A DNA stretch of 64,000 nucleotides. Origin: a virus. Taxonomy: Duplodnaviria > Caudoviricetes. Shown piece after piece: positions 1 to 7,688 of the stretch. The notes under the pieces were generated by a model. That model saw only the letters and a program-made list of their open reading frames with translations. It had not been told where the DNA came from and did not search any database. Made by a program: the position numbers and the translations under genes. Numbering within the stretch: position 1 is the first letter of the stretch; every line of letters starts with the position of its first letter. The stretch is taken from positions 6,045-70,044 of the IMG/VR virus record IMGVR_UViG_3300010361_000011. One strand, written 5' to 3'.

Positions 1-195
1 CTTCTGGTGCCGCGCGAGCTTCAGGTCGAGCATCGTGGCGGTGTTAAGGGCATGACCGAGCAGCAGATCATCGACGCCATCGAAGCAATTGAGGGATTCC
101 TCGCCCGGCGGGCCGGCGAGCGCGCCAAAGTCGTGGAGGGCGAGGTGTTACCCCCAGCGATACCCCCAGCAGCGCCCAAAGAGCCAAGTAGCTGA
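1..195 (+). CDS. probable terminase small subunit, C-terminal fragment (5' truncated)
   Basis: Frame is open from base 1 (LLVPRELQVEHRGGV...). The tail resembles TerS C-termini and lies upstream of TerL. Confidence 0.45.
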   Translation, partial: LLVPRELQVEHRGGVKGMTEQQIIDAIEAIEGFLARRAGERAKVVEGEVLPPAIPPAAPKEPSS

Positions 196-199
196 TCCT

Positions 200-273
200 G
201 TTGCTGTTTCCGTTGCGGCGCCGATGATCACCAATCACAGGCGTTGGTTGCCGTTGCAGTTGCGTTGCGTTGC
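200..273 (+). repeat. GTTGC repeat cluster
   Basis: GTTGC at 200, 212, 247, 253, 259, 264 and 269. Confidence 0.75.
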
Positions 274-580
274 TAAGTGACTGTAATCTCTAGGCTCCCT
301 GGCCCACGGCGCGCGCGACCCCCGGGGGGAGGGGCGGCAGATAGATCGAGAGTTGGCCCAGGCCCCATCCTCAAACGCCCTGCATTTTTTTATACTCGGT
401 TGCTAAACCATTGAGAACCATAAGAGAAATGCGAGGAAGATGAGAGTTGAGATGGTAGCGATATAGATTTTGGCTTGATTTTGGGTGAATTGGGGGGTTG
501 TCATAGAGGTGGCCTTTCCCGGCGGTATCCCTCGTTCCTGCTTATGGACCGCGAGCGGGGCAGACGGAAGCGGAAAGGTC

Positions 581-1222
581 TTATGTTGCAACGGGGTCGC
601 GCCCTTTCGGGGGCGCGGCCTTTTTTCGGGCGCGGTGGAGACGTGAGCGCTCGGTTGCGGAGAGGGCTTTTCCGGTGGGTGGGCGACCCCGGCCTTTTTT
701 CGTTGCACCTCCTGCAACGGAAATTATTTTTCGTTGCGGGGGTTGATTTTCCGTTGCATGATTTATCGTTGCATTTTTCGTTGCAGTATTTTTCGTTGCA
801 GGAGGAGGAGGTTTGGATGGCTGGGTTGGTTTGCCGGTGTCCGTGGTGTCACCGGACATTGATGGTTGAGGTTGGGGTTTTGGCGGTTGATCGGTGGATT
901 GATCGGGAGGGGTCGCGGCCGCGCGGGGAGGCGCCGCTGACGGATGCGCAGAGGCAAGCGCGCCATCGGGAGCGCAAGCGGCGGCTGGTGCTAGCGCCGC
1001 TGAAGGGTTCAGGGGAATAGGTGGGATCAGAGGACGACGAGGTTTGAAGCGTGGGACGTGTTCTGGGGCGACGAGGTCGCGGGTAGTGGTGCGCGGGGTT
1101 CCGTGGGCGCGTAGGTCGCGTTTTGGGCAGTCCTCGGGCAGGTGATAGTCTTTGCAGCGCGGGCAGAACGGTTTCATGAAGGCCTGCACGAGGGTTGGGT
1201 CGATGGGTTTACCGCGGACCAT
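581..1222 (-). CDS. hypothetical protein with CxxC N-terminus and basic GRGRPP (AT-hook-like) C-terminus
   Basis: ORF track; FCPRCKDYHLPEDC and KKGRGRPPTGKALSATERSRLHR; C-rich third codon positions. Overlaps a + ORF. Confidence 0.4.
   Translation of the reverse strand: MVRGKPIDPTLVQAFMKPFCPRCKDYHLPEDCPKRDLRAHGTPRTTTRDLVAPEHVPRFKPRRPLIPPIPLNPSAALAPAAACAPDGALASAHPSAAPPRAAATPPDQSTDQPPKPQPQPSMSGDTTDTGKPTQPSKPPPPATKNTATKNATINHATENQPPQRKIISVAGGATKKGRGRPPTGKALSATERSRLHRARKKAAPPKGRDPVAT
701..799 (+). repeat. T-tract + CGTTGC iteron-like array
   Basis: CGTTGC at 701, 732, 752, 767, 779 and 794, each preceded by a T-rich run; inverted copy TGCAACG at 713-719. Confidence 0.8.
817..1020 (+). CDS. small basic hypothetical protein
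   Basis: GGAGGAGGAGG RBS before ATG 817; CRCPWC and PLTDAQRQARHRERK. Confidence 0.4.
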   Translation: MAGLVCRCPWCHRTLMVEVGVLAVDRWIDREGSRPRGEAPLTDAQRQARHRERKRRLVLAPLKGSGE

Positions 1223-1323
1223 GTGGGAGCATTATAAACGGTATGTTGAGTGGGAGTGGGAGCTGTTTGACGCGCTTTGTGCTGAGGTCAAGCGTTGGTG
1301 GCAAGGCAAGCGGCGGTGAGCAA

Positions 1324-1509
1324 ATGAGCCCGGAGGAATGGCTGATCCTGGTAGCGATGTTGCAGAAGCAGGGGCCGGTGTGCATTGCCAAGGAGGACCG
1401 CAAGTTCCTGGCTGCGATGACGAACCAGCTCACCATCGACGAGCCGACGCGGCCGTTGCCGTGGCAGGAGCGCTGGCTATGGACGCTCAAGAAGGAATGC
1501 AGGCTGTAA
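1324..1509 (+). CDS. hypothetical protein
   Basis: MSPEEWLIL... ORF, translationally coupled to the next gene. Confidence 0.55.
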   Translation: MSPEEWLILVAMLQKQGPVCIAKEDRKFLAAMTNQLTIDEPTRPLPWQERWLWTLKKECRL

Positions 1510-1673
1510 CGGTTCCGATTTGCGACGAGTGCTGGCGGGAGCGAGCTGGGGCGCTTGATCCGGTTCGGCTGCGCGAGCCCGAGGCTGAGATTTGCCAGTA
1601 TTGCGGGTTGGTGACGCGGTCCGGGATTTACGTGCGTGGCAGGGTGAAGAAGAATGGCCAGTCATGCCGATGA
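1497..1673 (+). CDS. small zinc-finger-like protein
   Basis: AAGAAGGA RBS; CDEC...CQYC. Confidence 0.5.
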   Translation: MQAVTVPICDECWRERAGALDPVRLREPEAEICQYCGLVTRSGIYVRGRVKKNGQSCR

Positions 1674-2020
1674 AGGATCGCAAGATTGAGCTGAAGGGGG
1701 GAAACGAGGTGGTGCGGGGATTGCCGCCGCCTGCGCCCTATCTGAAGAACGGCTTGTGCAGCGACTGTGAGGTCGAGGCGGTGGTGGCGGGCGAGGGCGA
1801 CATGAAGGTATGTCCCAAGTGCCACGCCGTCTTATGGCATCGCGATTATTCCCAAGAGCTGCGGCGCGAAAGGCTCGAGCGGGCGAGTGCGCGGCTCGAC
1901 ATGCTGCGCAAGAGCAAGGCTGAGATGAAGGCACGGGCGGCAGCGGGCTCGCATCAGATGATCATCGACGAGAGCAAAGACGAGAGTAAGGCCGAGACCA
2001 AAGAGGAGAAAGATGCTTAA
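1664..2020 (+). CDS. zinc-ribbon hypothetical protein
   Basis: CSDC...CPKC followed by a coiled coil; overlaps its neighbours. Confidence 0.6.
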   Translation: MPMKDRKIELKGGNEVVRGLPPPAPYLKNGLCSDCEVEAVVAGEGDMKVCPKCHAVLWHRDYSQELRRERLERASARLDMLRKSKAEMKARAAAGSHQMIIDESKDESKAETKEEKDA

Positions 2021-2384
2021 CCGGCGCGGCTTGATTACCGGGCTCGTGAGCTTCGTGGCCGCACCGGCGATTGTGCGTGCCTCGAGCCTGATGCCGTTGC
2101 GCGGCGTGCCGCTGTCATCTTACATCGACCTGTCCGAGCTAGAGCTGGGTTTTGTGATCACGCGCAAGGCGATTGAGGAACACGTTCTTAGCTCGATGTT
2201 TGAGCCCGAGGTGTTCCAGCGTATTTCTTTCGTGCGTGATGTGAACCTGGATTGTTACGAGATCACTGGTCCGTCTCAGGCGGTCTGGGATGCGTGGCAT
2301 CAAATCTATGGCCGTGCTAAGATGATTCGGCTGAGTGCTCTGCCGAATTGTCGAAATGGAGATGAGCCATGCCGAGAAGTCTAG
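2013..2384 (+). CDS. hypothetical protein with twin-arginine-like N-terminus
   Basis: MLNRRGLITGLVSFVAAPAIVRASSLMP; internal ELELGFVITRKAIEE resembles a segment of the major capsid protein. Confidence 0.65.
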   Translation: MLNRRGLITGLVSFVAAPAIVRASSLMPLRGVPLSSYIDLSELELGFVITRKAIEEHVLSSMFEPEVFQRISFVRDVNLDCYEITGPSQAVWDAWHQIYGRAKMIRLSALPNCRNGDEPCREV

Positions 2385-2869
2385 CGCGGCCGCAGACCGG
2401 GACGATGGTTTGGTATTACGCGGCGGCGCCGCCGGCGACCGCGCCGATTGCGGCCTTGGTCGTGCAATCGGTCTCGGGCGAGGGCTCGCAGGGTGTTGGC
2501 GCTCCCGCGCCGACCTTCAATCTGGCGACATTTTCTCCGACCACTGGCGCCATGACGTTCGCGGGTGCGGTGCCGTTCTATTACGGTGCGCGGCCGGCGT
2601 CCGGCGCTTGGTGTACGATGATGCGCGTCAACGAGAATCTGGCGGGTGCTTGGCCGACGCAGCAGGAGGCGCTGGAGTTTGCCGAGCACGGCTTGACCGC
2701 GCAGCAGAAGCAGGCTGCCGGCGAGGCGCGCGTTGCGACGGCTGCGGCGGCAGCCGCGCAGACCCAGACAAACGGTAACGGCGGCAATCCCGGCACCGAG
2801 GAGGTTGCGCCGCATACGGTGACGCGCACCACGACCCGGACGACGACCCGCACCACCCATCGCCCCTGA
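2369..2869 (+). CDS. hypothetical protein
   Basis: ORF with GC3-biased codons; Thr/Arg repeat tail (RTTT). Confidence 0.65.
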   Translation: MPRSLARPQTGTMVWYYAAAPPATAPIAALVVQSVSGEGSQGVGAPAPTFNLATFSPTTGAMTFAGAVPFYYGARPASGAWCTMMRVNENLAGAWPTQQEALEFAEHGLTAQQKQAAGEARVATAAAAAAQTQTNGNGGNPGTEEVAPHTVTRTTTRTTTRTTHRP

Positions 2870-2893
2870 GCTAAACTCTTGTATCGTCCGGTC

Positions 2894-2977
2894 ATGCATC
2901 TGAACGATCGTTTGATCTTGGCCTCGATCCTATTGCTACAGCTGGTCACGCTGGTGCTGCTGTTGGTTTTGCACTAA
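2894..2977 (+). CDS. 27-aa hydrophobic peptide
   Basis: Hand-translated MHLNDRLILASILLLQLVTLVLLLVLH; fills the gap between two + genes. Confidence 0.45.
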   Translation: MHLNDRLILASILLLQLVTLVLLLVLH

Positions 2978-2995
2978 AGCTACCAACGTGAAGCC

Positions 2996-3670
2996 ATGAC
3001 CACGTCTGCAACCGTGATCAGGCGCGCACCGAGCCCGGCTGGGTCCCCGCAGTCCCCGGCCGGGCTCCTCGACAAGCGCATGTTCGCGCTTTTTCCCATC
3101 CCGATGTTCATGGGGATCGTTCCGAATGAGTGGATTCTCGAACCCATCGAGAATGAAATCCGGGCACTGAAAGGCGATCATCGTCGGCCCTGGATGTCAG
3201 CCGATGATCTTCAGCGCTTGCCGGTGATGCGTCCTCTGATTGATCTCATCCTGACGGAAGCGGGCAGCGTGCTTGATTTTCTCGCGGTCGAGCGCGCGTC
3301 GCATTATGTTTCCAACATGTGGGCGAACGTCACCGCCGCCAATCATCGCGGTGAGTTGCACGTCCATCCTAACTGCTTGTTGAGCGGCTTGGTCTACATC
3401 AAGGCGCCGCCCAACTGCTCGCCGACCTCGTTTGTGTCGCCGCGCCGGTTCAACAAGGGGCTGGAGCCGAGATACACGAAGAAGAACGAGTACAATTCCG
3501 ATTTCATGCTGATGCCGGCGGTCAAAGGGCGCATGCTGATATGGCCCTCGCATCTGCCGCACGCGGCCGAGCATGACGTCGGGGTCAGCACCGAAGACCG
3601 TATCGTGGTCTCGTTCAACGTGATGATCAAAGCGTGCATTGAGCTGCCGACGGCGCGGCTTAAGCTCTAG
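2996..3670 (+). CDS. 2OG-Fe(II) oxygenase, TIGR02466-like
   Basis: HVHPNCLLSGLVYI, GRMLIWPSHLPH and DRIVVSFN motifs. Confidence 0.85.
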   Translation: MTTSATVIRRAPSPAGSPQSPAGLLDKRMFALFPIPMFMGIVPNEWILEPIENEIRALKGDHRRPWMSADDLQRLPVMRPLIDLILTEAGSVLDFLAVERASHYVSNMWANVTAANHRGELHVHPNCLLSGLVYIKAPPNCSPTSFVSPRRFNKGLEPRYTKKNEYNSDFMLMPAVKGRMLIWPSHLPHAAEHDVGVSTEDRIVVSFNVMIKACIELPTARLKL

Positions 3671-3975
3671 TTGGCTTTGGGCTTGAGCGGGTTCTCGATC
3701 TTGGAGAAGATGGGCTCGCCGAGCAGTTTCTTCATGGCGAGGTCGAAGCTTGATTTAGCGACGATGAGCGCGGCGGATGGTTGCAGGCCGGCTGCCGCCA
3801 TGTCGGCGACCAGATGATCGATCATGATGCAGGCAGTGTTGAGCGCATCGTTGAGCTTCTGCCGCTGATCGTTGAGGGTGACGAGATTGACGCCGGCGAT
3901 GCGCAGCGCGTTTTGCAGCCGCTCGATCTCGGTGCCCAAATCCTCGATATCCTCGGAATGCTCTTTCTCGGTCAT
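3667..3975 (-). CDS. coiled-coil hypothetical protein
   Basis: ORF track; ATGA-type overlaps with neighbours. Confidence 0.65.
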   Translation of the reverse strand: MTEKEHSEDIEDLGTEIERLQNALRIAGVNLVTLNDQRQKLNDALNTACIMIDHLVADMAAAGLQPSAALIVAKSSFDLAMKKLLGEPIFSKIENPLKPKAN

Positions 3976-4184
3976 CTATCAATCTCGACGCCGGGAAGCT
4001 TGGCGAGCTTGGCCGCGTACTCGCGTAGATCGCTGGCGATTTGCTTGCGGTTTAGGATATCCGCCTTGTCGACGCGATACGCTATCCCTTCGAGGAAACC
4101 GATAGCGTGCGCAAGATGCGCTCGGTAGAGCTGGCGTTGGGCGTCGCGTTGTTTGACGTCGTCGATGAAGGTATCTTCGGTCAT
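3972..4184 (-). CDS. hypothetical protein
   Basis: ORF track; coupled overlaps. Confidence 0.6.
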   Translation of the reverse strand: MTEDTFIDDVKQRDAQRQLYRAHLAHAIGFLEGIAYRVDKADILNRKQIASDLREYAAKLAKLPGVEIDR

Positions 4185-4459
4185 CGCATGATGCCTTTCA
4201 TGGCCTCGGTCCAGGCGCCTTTGGCGGCGCTGACGTCGGGCGACAGCACCAGTCCTTCCGGCAACCAGGCGAGCAGCGCCTCGATCAGTTGGGCAGAACA
4301 GTTGAGCGCATGCACGACCTTGGCGGCATCGGCTTTAGTTCTGATTAACTCCTCGCGGGCTTCGGCGATTTTGACTTGCCATTCGCCGAGTTCGAGCATC
4401 AGCCTGGCGATTTCCTCCTGCTTGAGATCGGCGCGTTCCCAGTCGTGATGGTTGGGCAT
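4181..4459 (-). CDS. coiled-coil hypothetical protein
   Basis: Likely start MPNHHDW at 4459; coupled overlap downstream. Confidence 0.6.
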   Translation of the reverse strand: MPNHHDWERADLKQEEIARLMLELGEWQVKIAEAREELIRTKADAAKVVHALNCSAQLIEALLAWLPEGLVLSPDVSAAKGAWTEAMKGIMR

Positions 4460-4564
4460 ATCGCATCCTAAAAGAGGAAAGTGCGCGGCAACCCGAGAAG
4501 GTGCGGATCGGACATCGGGTGTTCGGGGGCCACCCCTAGCCGCGCTGGAGCGCTCTAGCATGCA

Positions 4565-4593
4565 TTGCAAACAATGGCAATCTGTTTTACAAT
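4565..4593 (+). promoter_or_regulatory. sigma70-type promoter
   Basis: TTGCAA (4565-4570), 17-nt spacer, TACAAT (4588-4593); ACAATG direct repeats at 4571 and 4589. Confidence 0.7.
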
Positions 4594-4600
4594 GTATGTC

Positions 4601-4792
4601 ATGAATCGTTCACAGCAACTGGTTGTGCGGATTACCGATGCAGAACGTCGCGCTATCAAGGATAGCGCTCTGATCGCTGGGCTCAGTCTCTCGGGCTGGG
4701 CCAGGATGATTCTCTTGCGTCAGATTAGACTGGATCAAAGGAACGAAATGGAGAGCAAAGATGAGCTTCGGCGAGAAGGCGGTGGGAGCTGA
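4601..4792 (+). CDS. ribbon-helix-helix regulator (MobC/CopG-like)
   Basis: QLVVRITDAERRAIKDSALIAGLSLSGWARMILL fits the RHH pattern; the ATG lies at the predicted transcription start. Confidence 0.7.
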   Translation: MNRSQQLVVRITDAERRAIKDSALIAGLSLSGWARMILLRQIRLDQRNEMESKDELRREGGGS

Positions 4793-4979
4793 TTTCAATC
4801 CGAGCGGTGATGAGAAGGTCAACGAGATCAAGATGGCGTTCGCCAAAGCCATCGATGTCCTCAATGATCTGCGTGACGACACCACCAGCGGCGAAAAGAA
4901 ACGCCTCTATTCGATCGCGATCACCGAGGCGCAAAGCGCGCAGATGTTCGGCGTCAAAGCGTTCACGTGGCGGGATTGA
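4761..4979 (+). CDS. Acb2/Tad1-like helical hairpin protein (putative immune-signal sponge)
   Basis: FNPSGDEKVNEIK...RLYSIAITEAQSAQMFGVKA resembles the Acb2/Tad1 hairpin pattern. Confidence 0.6.
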   Translation: MSFGEKAVGADFNPSGDEKVNEIKMAFAKAIDVLNDLRDDTTSGEKKRLYSIAITEAQSAQMFGVKAFTWRD

Positions 4980-4985
4980 AACGAG

Positions 4986-6689
4986 ATGGAAGAGTTTCCC
5001 CTCAACGATGAGAAGCTGGCCGAGGAATCGCTGGTCTCGCTCAAGGCCGAGCTGGCGCTGCGGCTTGAGCGCAAGGCCCAGGCCAAGGCCGGCGGGCTCG
5101 TCCAATTCGTAAGATACTTCTGGAACGTGCTGGAGCCGGAAACCAAGCTGGTCGAGGGCTGGCTCCTCGATGATATTGCTCTGCATCTGGAAGCGGTCAC
5201 CTTTGGCAAGGTCACCCGGCTTCTCATCAACGTGCCGCCGGGCAGCATGAAGAGCCTGATGGTGAATGTCTTTTGGCCGGCTTGGGAATGGGGGGCGATG
5301 AACATGCCCTCGATGCGCTACGTGAGCTTCTCCTATTCCAGTGGGCTGACCGAGCGTGACAACACCAAGTTCCGCAAGTTGGTCATGCACGAGAAATACA
5401 AGCAGCTATGGGGAGATCGCTTTGCGCTTGAAAAGGAAGGCGAGATCAAAATCACGAATGACCAAACTGGAAGCAAGTTTGCGTCGTCTGTTAAAGGCAT
5501 CGGCACCGGCGAGCGTGGTGACCGGGTGGTTATCGATGACCCTCACGACGTCCACAAGTCGGAGTCGGACATCGTTAGAACAGATACCCTACGCTGGTTT
5601 CGTGAGACGATTACCGACCGGCTCAATAATCTTGACGATAGTGCCATCGTCATCATCATGCAGCGGGTCCATCAACTTGATATTTCTGGATTCATCCTTG
5701 AGCAGGGCTGGCCGTACTGCCACCTCATGGTTCCCATGGAGTTCGAACGTGGGCGCGAACCGTACAACACGATCGGCTGGAAGGACCCCAGAACAGAAGA
5801 TGGTGATCTTGCGTGGCCCGAGCGATTCAGTCCTGAAGCTGTTGCTAACATTGAGCGAGAAAAAGGCAGCTTCGCATATGCGGGGCAATATCAGCAGCGC
5901 CCTTCGCCGCGCGGTGGCGGGATCATCAAGAGAGAGCATTGGCGAGCTTATACAGAGCTTGAGTGCGGAAAGTTTGGCGTCCCGTGGCCCAAGTTCCCCA
6001 TCATGTCCTACACTGTCCTCAGTCTTGATACCGCACAGACCGAGAAAAAGCAGAACGATCCGAGCGCGGGCATAGTGCTCGGCGTCACGCGCGACATCTG
6101 GCAGAACCGAAGATTGATCCTGATGTGGGCCTGGGCGGAGCGCTTCGAGGTCTACGAGCTGATCAAGAAAATCGAGGAAACCTGCAAAAAGTTCAAAGTG
6201 GACAGGGTTTTGATCGAAGACAAGGCATCGGGCTATCCGGTCGCGCAAGAGCTGCGCCGGCGCGGAAAAATTATTTCCGATGTGATGAGCCACAACCCGA
6301 AAACCGCCGATCGCGCCGATTTCGGTGTGCAGCTGATCTCTCCCGAAGGTGACAAGCTGGCGCGGTTATATGCCGTGCAAAACCTCTTCGAGTGTGGATT
6401 GATTTATGCGCCAGCCGAATCGACCGGCAATGGAGATTTCTTGTTCAAGGACTGGGCCGATAGGGTCATCTCCGAGTGTGCCGACGTGCCGAAAAGCGCG
6501 CATGACGATCTTGCCGACGCCATGTCGCAGGCGCTGGTGCACATGCGCAAGCTCGGGCTCGCGACATTGCCCGACGAAGACGAACTCGAGGATATCGAGG
6601 AGAACAAATACCGCAAAGCGCCGCCCGCGCTTTATCCAGCCTACATCGGCAACGAGTTTTCGCTCACGATACCGCCGGAACTGCGATGA
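4986..6689 (+). CDS. terL: terminase large subunit
   Basis: LLINVPPGSMKS Walker A, VVIDDPH Walker B, C-terminal RNase H-like nuclease (SLDTA, IEDKASG, HDDLADA). Confidence 0.97.
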   Translation: MEEFPLNDEKLAEESLVSLKAELALRLERKAQAKAGGLVQFVRYFWNVLEPETKLVEGWLLDDIALHLEAVTFGKVTRLLINVPPGSMKSLMVNVFWPAWEWGAMNMPSMRYVSFSYSSGLTERDNTKFRKLVMHEKYKQLWGDRFALEKEGEIKITNDQTGSKFASSVKGIGTGERGDRVVIDDPHDVHKSESDIVRTDTLRWFRETITDRLNNLDDSAIVIIMQRVHQLDISGFILEQGWPYCHLMVPMEFERGREPYNTIGWKDPRTEDGDLAWPERFSPEAVANIEREKGSFAYAGQYQQRPSPRGGGIIKREHWRAYTELECGKFGVPWPKFPIMSYTVLSLDTAQTEKKQNDPSAGIVLGVTRDIWQNRRLILMWAWAERFEVYELIKKIEETCKKFKVDRVLIEDKASGYPVAQELRRRGKIISDVMSHNPKTADRADFGVQLISPEGDKLARLYAVQNLFECGLIYAPAESTGNGDFLFKDWADRVISECADVPKSAHDDLADAMSQALVHMRKLGLATLPDEDELEDIEENKYRKAPPALYPAYIGNEFSLTIPPELR

Positions 6690-6994
6690 TCGAGCATATA
6701 GATCACGACGATGCATCCTTCCTGCGGCATTGGGCCGAGCGCGCCTGGGATCAGGTCCAGCTGGCGCAAATCGCCGCCATGGAAAGGTGCTTGGTTGATT
6801 TTGCCGCTTGCTCCTGGCGCTGGTTCAGCGAGATCGAGCCGCCGACCGGCGTGCCGCTTTTGTGCGCCTGCGAGGAAGGTGTTGTCGTCATGACGATGAA
6901 CAAGGCGGGTGAGTGGCGTGCCGGTGGCGTGCCGCACAAACCGCCGCATGCCTGGATGCCGTGCCCGCCGCCGCCGAGCTACCATGGGCGATGA
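6686..6994 (+). CDS. DUF551-like protein
   Basis: EPPTGVPLLC...W...HAWMPCPPPP pattern. Confidence 0.55.
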   Translation: MIEHIDHDDASFLRHWAERAWDQVQLAQIAAMERCLVDFAACSWRWFSEIEPPTGVPLLCACEEGVVVMTMNKAGEWRAGGVPHKPPHAWMPCPPPPSYHGR

Positions 6995-7241
6995 TCCCTG
7001 GGTCGTGACCTACGAGTACGTCTACGACGATGATGATCCGCGCGTCGGCGAGGTCAGTGTCCACACCACGGTCGAGTTTTTCAGGGGCTCAGAGCAGGAG
7101 TGCAGGCGCATTGCCGCGCATTCGGTGGCGCCGCCGCACTACGACGGCAAGAAAGTCGTGGCGTTCCGGCCGCTGATAGGACTGGCTGCCGATTGGGAGC
7201 GGCATCTGCGTGATCTGGACGAGGCGTTCGACGAACCCTGA
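6984..7241 (+). CDS. hypothetical protein
   Basis: Likely start MGDDPW at 6984. Confidence 0.55.
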   Translation: MGDDPWVVTYEYVYDDDDPRVGEVSVHTTVEFFRGSEQECRRIAAHSVAPPHYDGKKVVAFRPLIGLAADWERHLRDLDEAFDEP

Positions 7242-7311
7242 CCACGCCCCCTAGCGAATCCCGAGAATCAGACTAGACTTGCCGCTTCCAACCGGGGTAG
7301 CGAGCAAACAC

Positions 7312-7674
7312 ATGCTGATTCTCGGTTCCACGACCGACATCGTTACCGTTGCCGTTGCCAGCGCGGGCCAAGTCGACGTGCATGCCAGCTGGATGGACAA
7401 CGTCGCCGGCGCCGTTGGGCCAGGAAGAACCAATACCGCGACCATCACCACCCCAACTACTACCACCGTCGTCGGCAGCCCAGCCGCCAGCGTACAGCGT
7501 AATCTCAAAACCCTCCTCATCCGCAATCGCGGCACCGGACCCAACGACGTCACCGTCAACCACAGCGATGGCACCACCGTGGTCTCGCTGCATAAAGTGA
7601 CGTTGGCTCCCGGCGGCACCTTGCAATACATCGATGAGGTGGGATTCCTGGCTCCGATTACTGGAATAAATTAG
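7312..7674 (+). CDS. beta-rich virion-type protein, paralog of the next gene's N-terminus
   Basis: PGRTNTA, VQRNLKTL and TLAPGGTLQY motifs shared with 7689-8840. Confidence 0.7.
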   Translation: MLILGSTTDIVTVAVASAGQVDVHASWMDNVAGAVGPGRTNTATITTPTTTTVVGSPAASVQRNLKTLLIRNRGTGPNDVTVNHSDGTTVVSLHKVTLAPGGTLQYIDEVGFLAPITGIN

Positions 7675-7688
7675 GTGAGATAAACTAG

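Noticed and set aside
4986-6689. Intein in terminase or helicase
   Set aside because: Lengths are normal and no C/S...HN-C/S/T splice motifs interrupt the conserved blocks.
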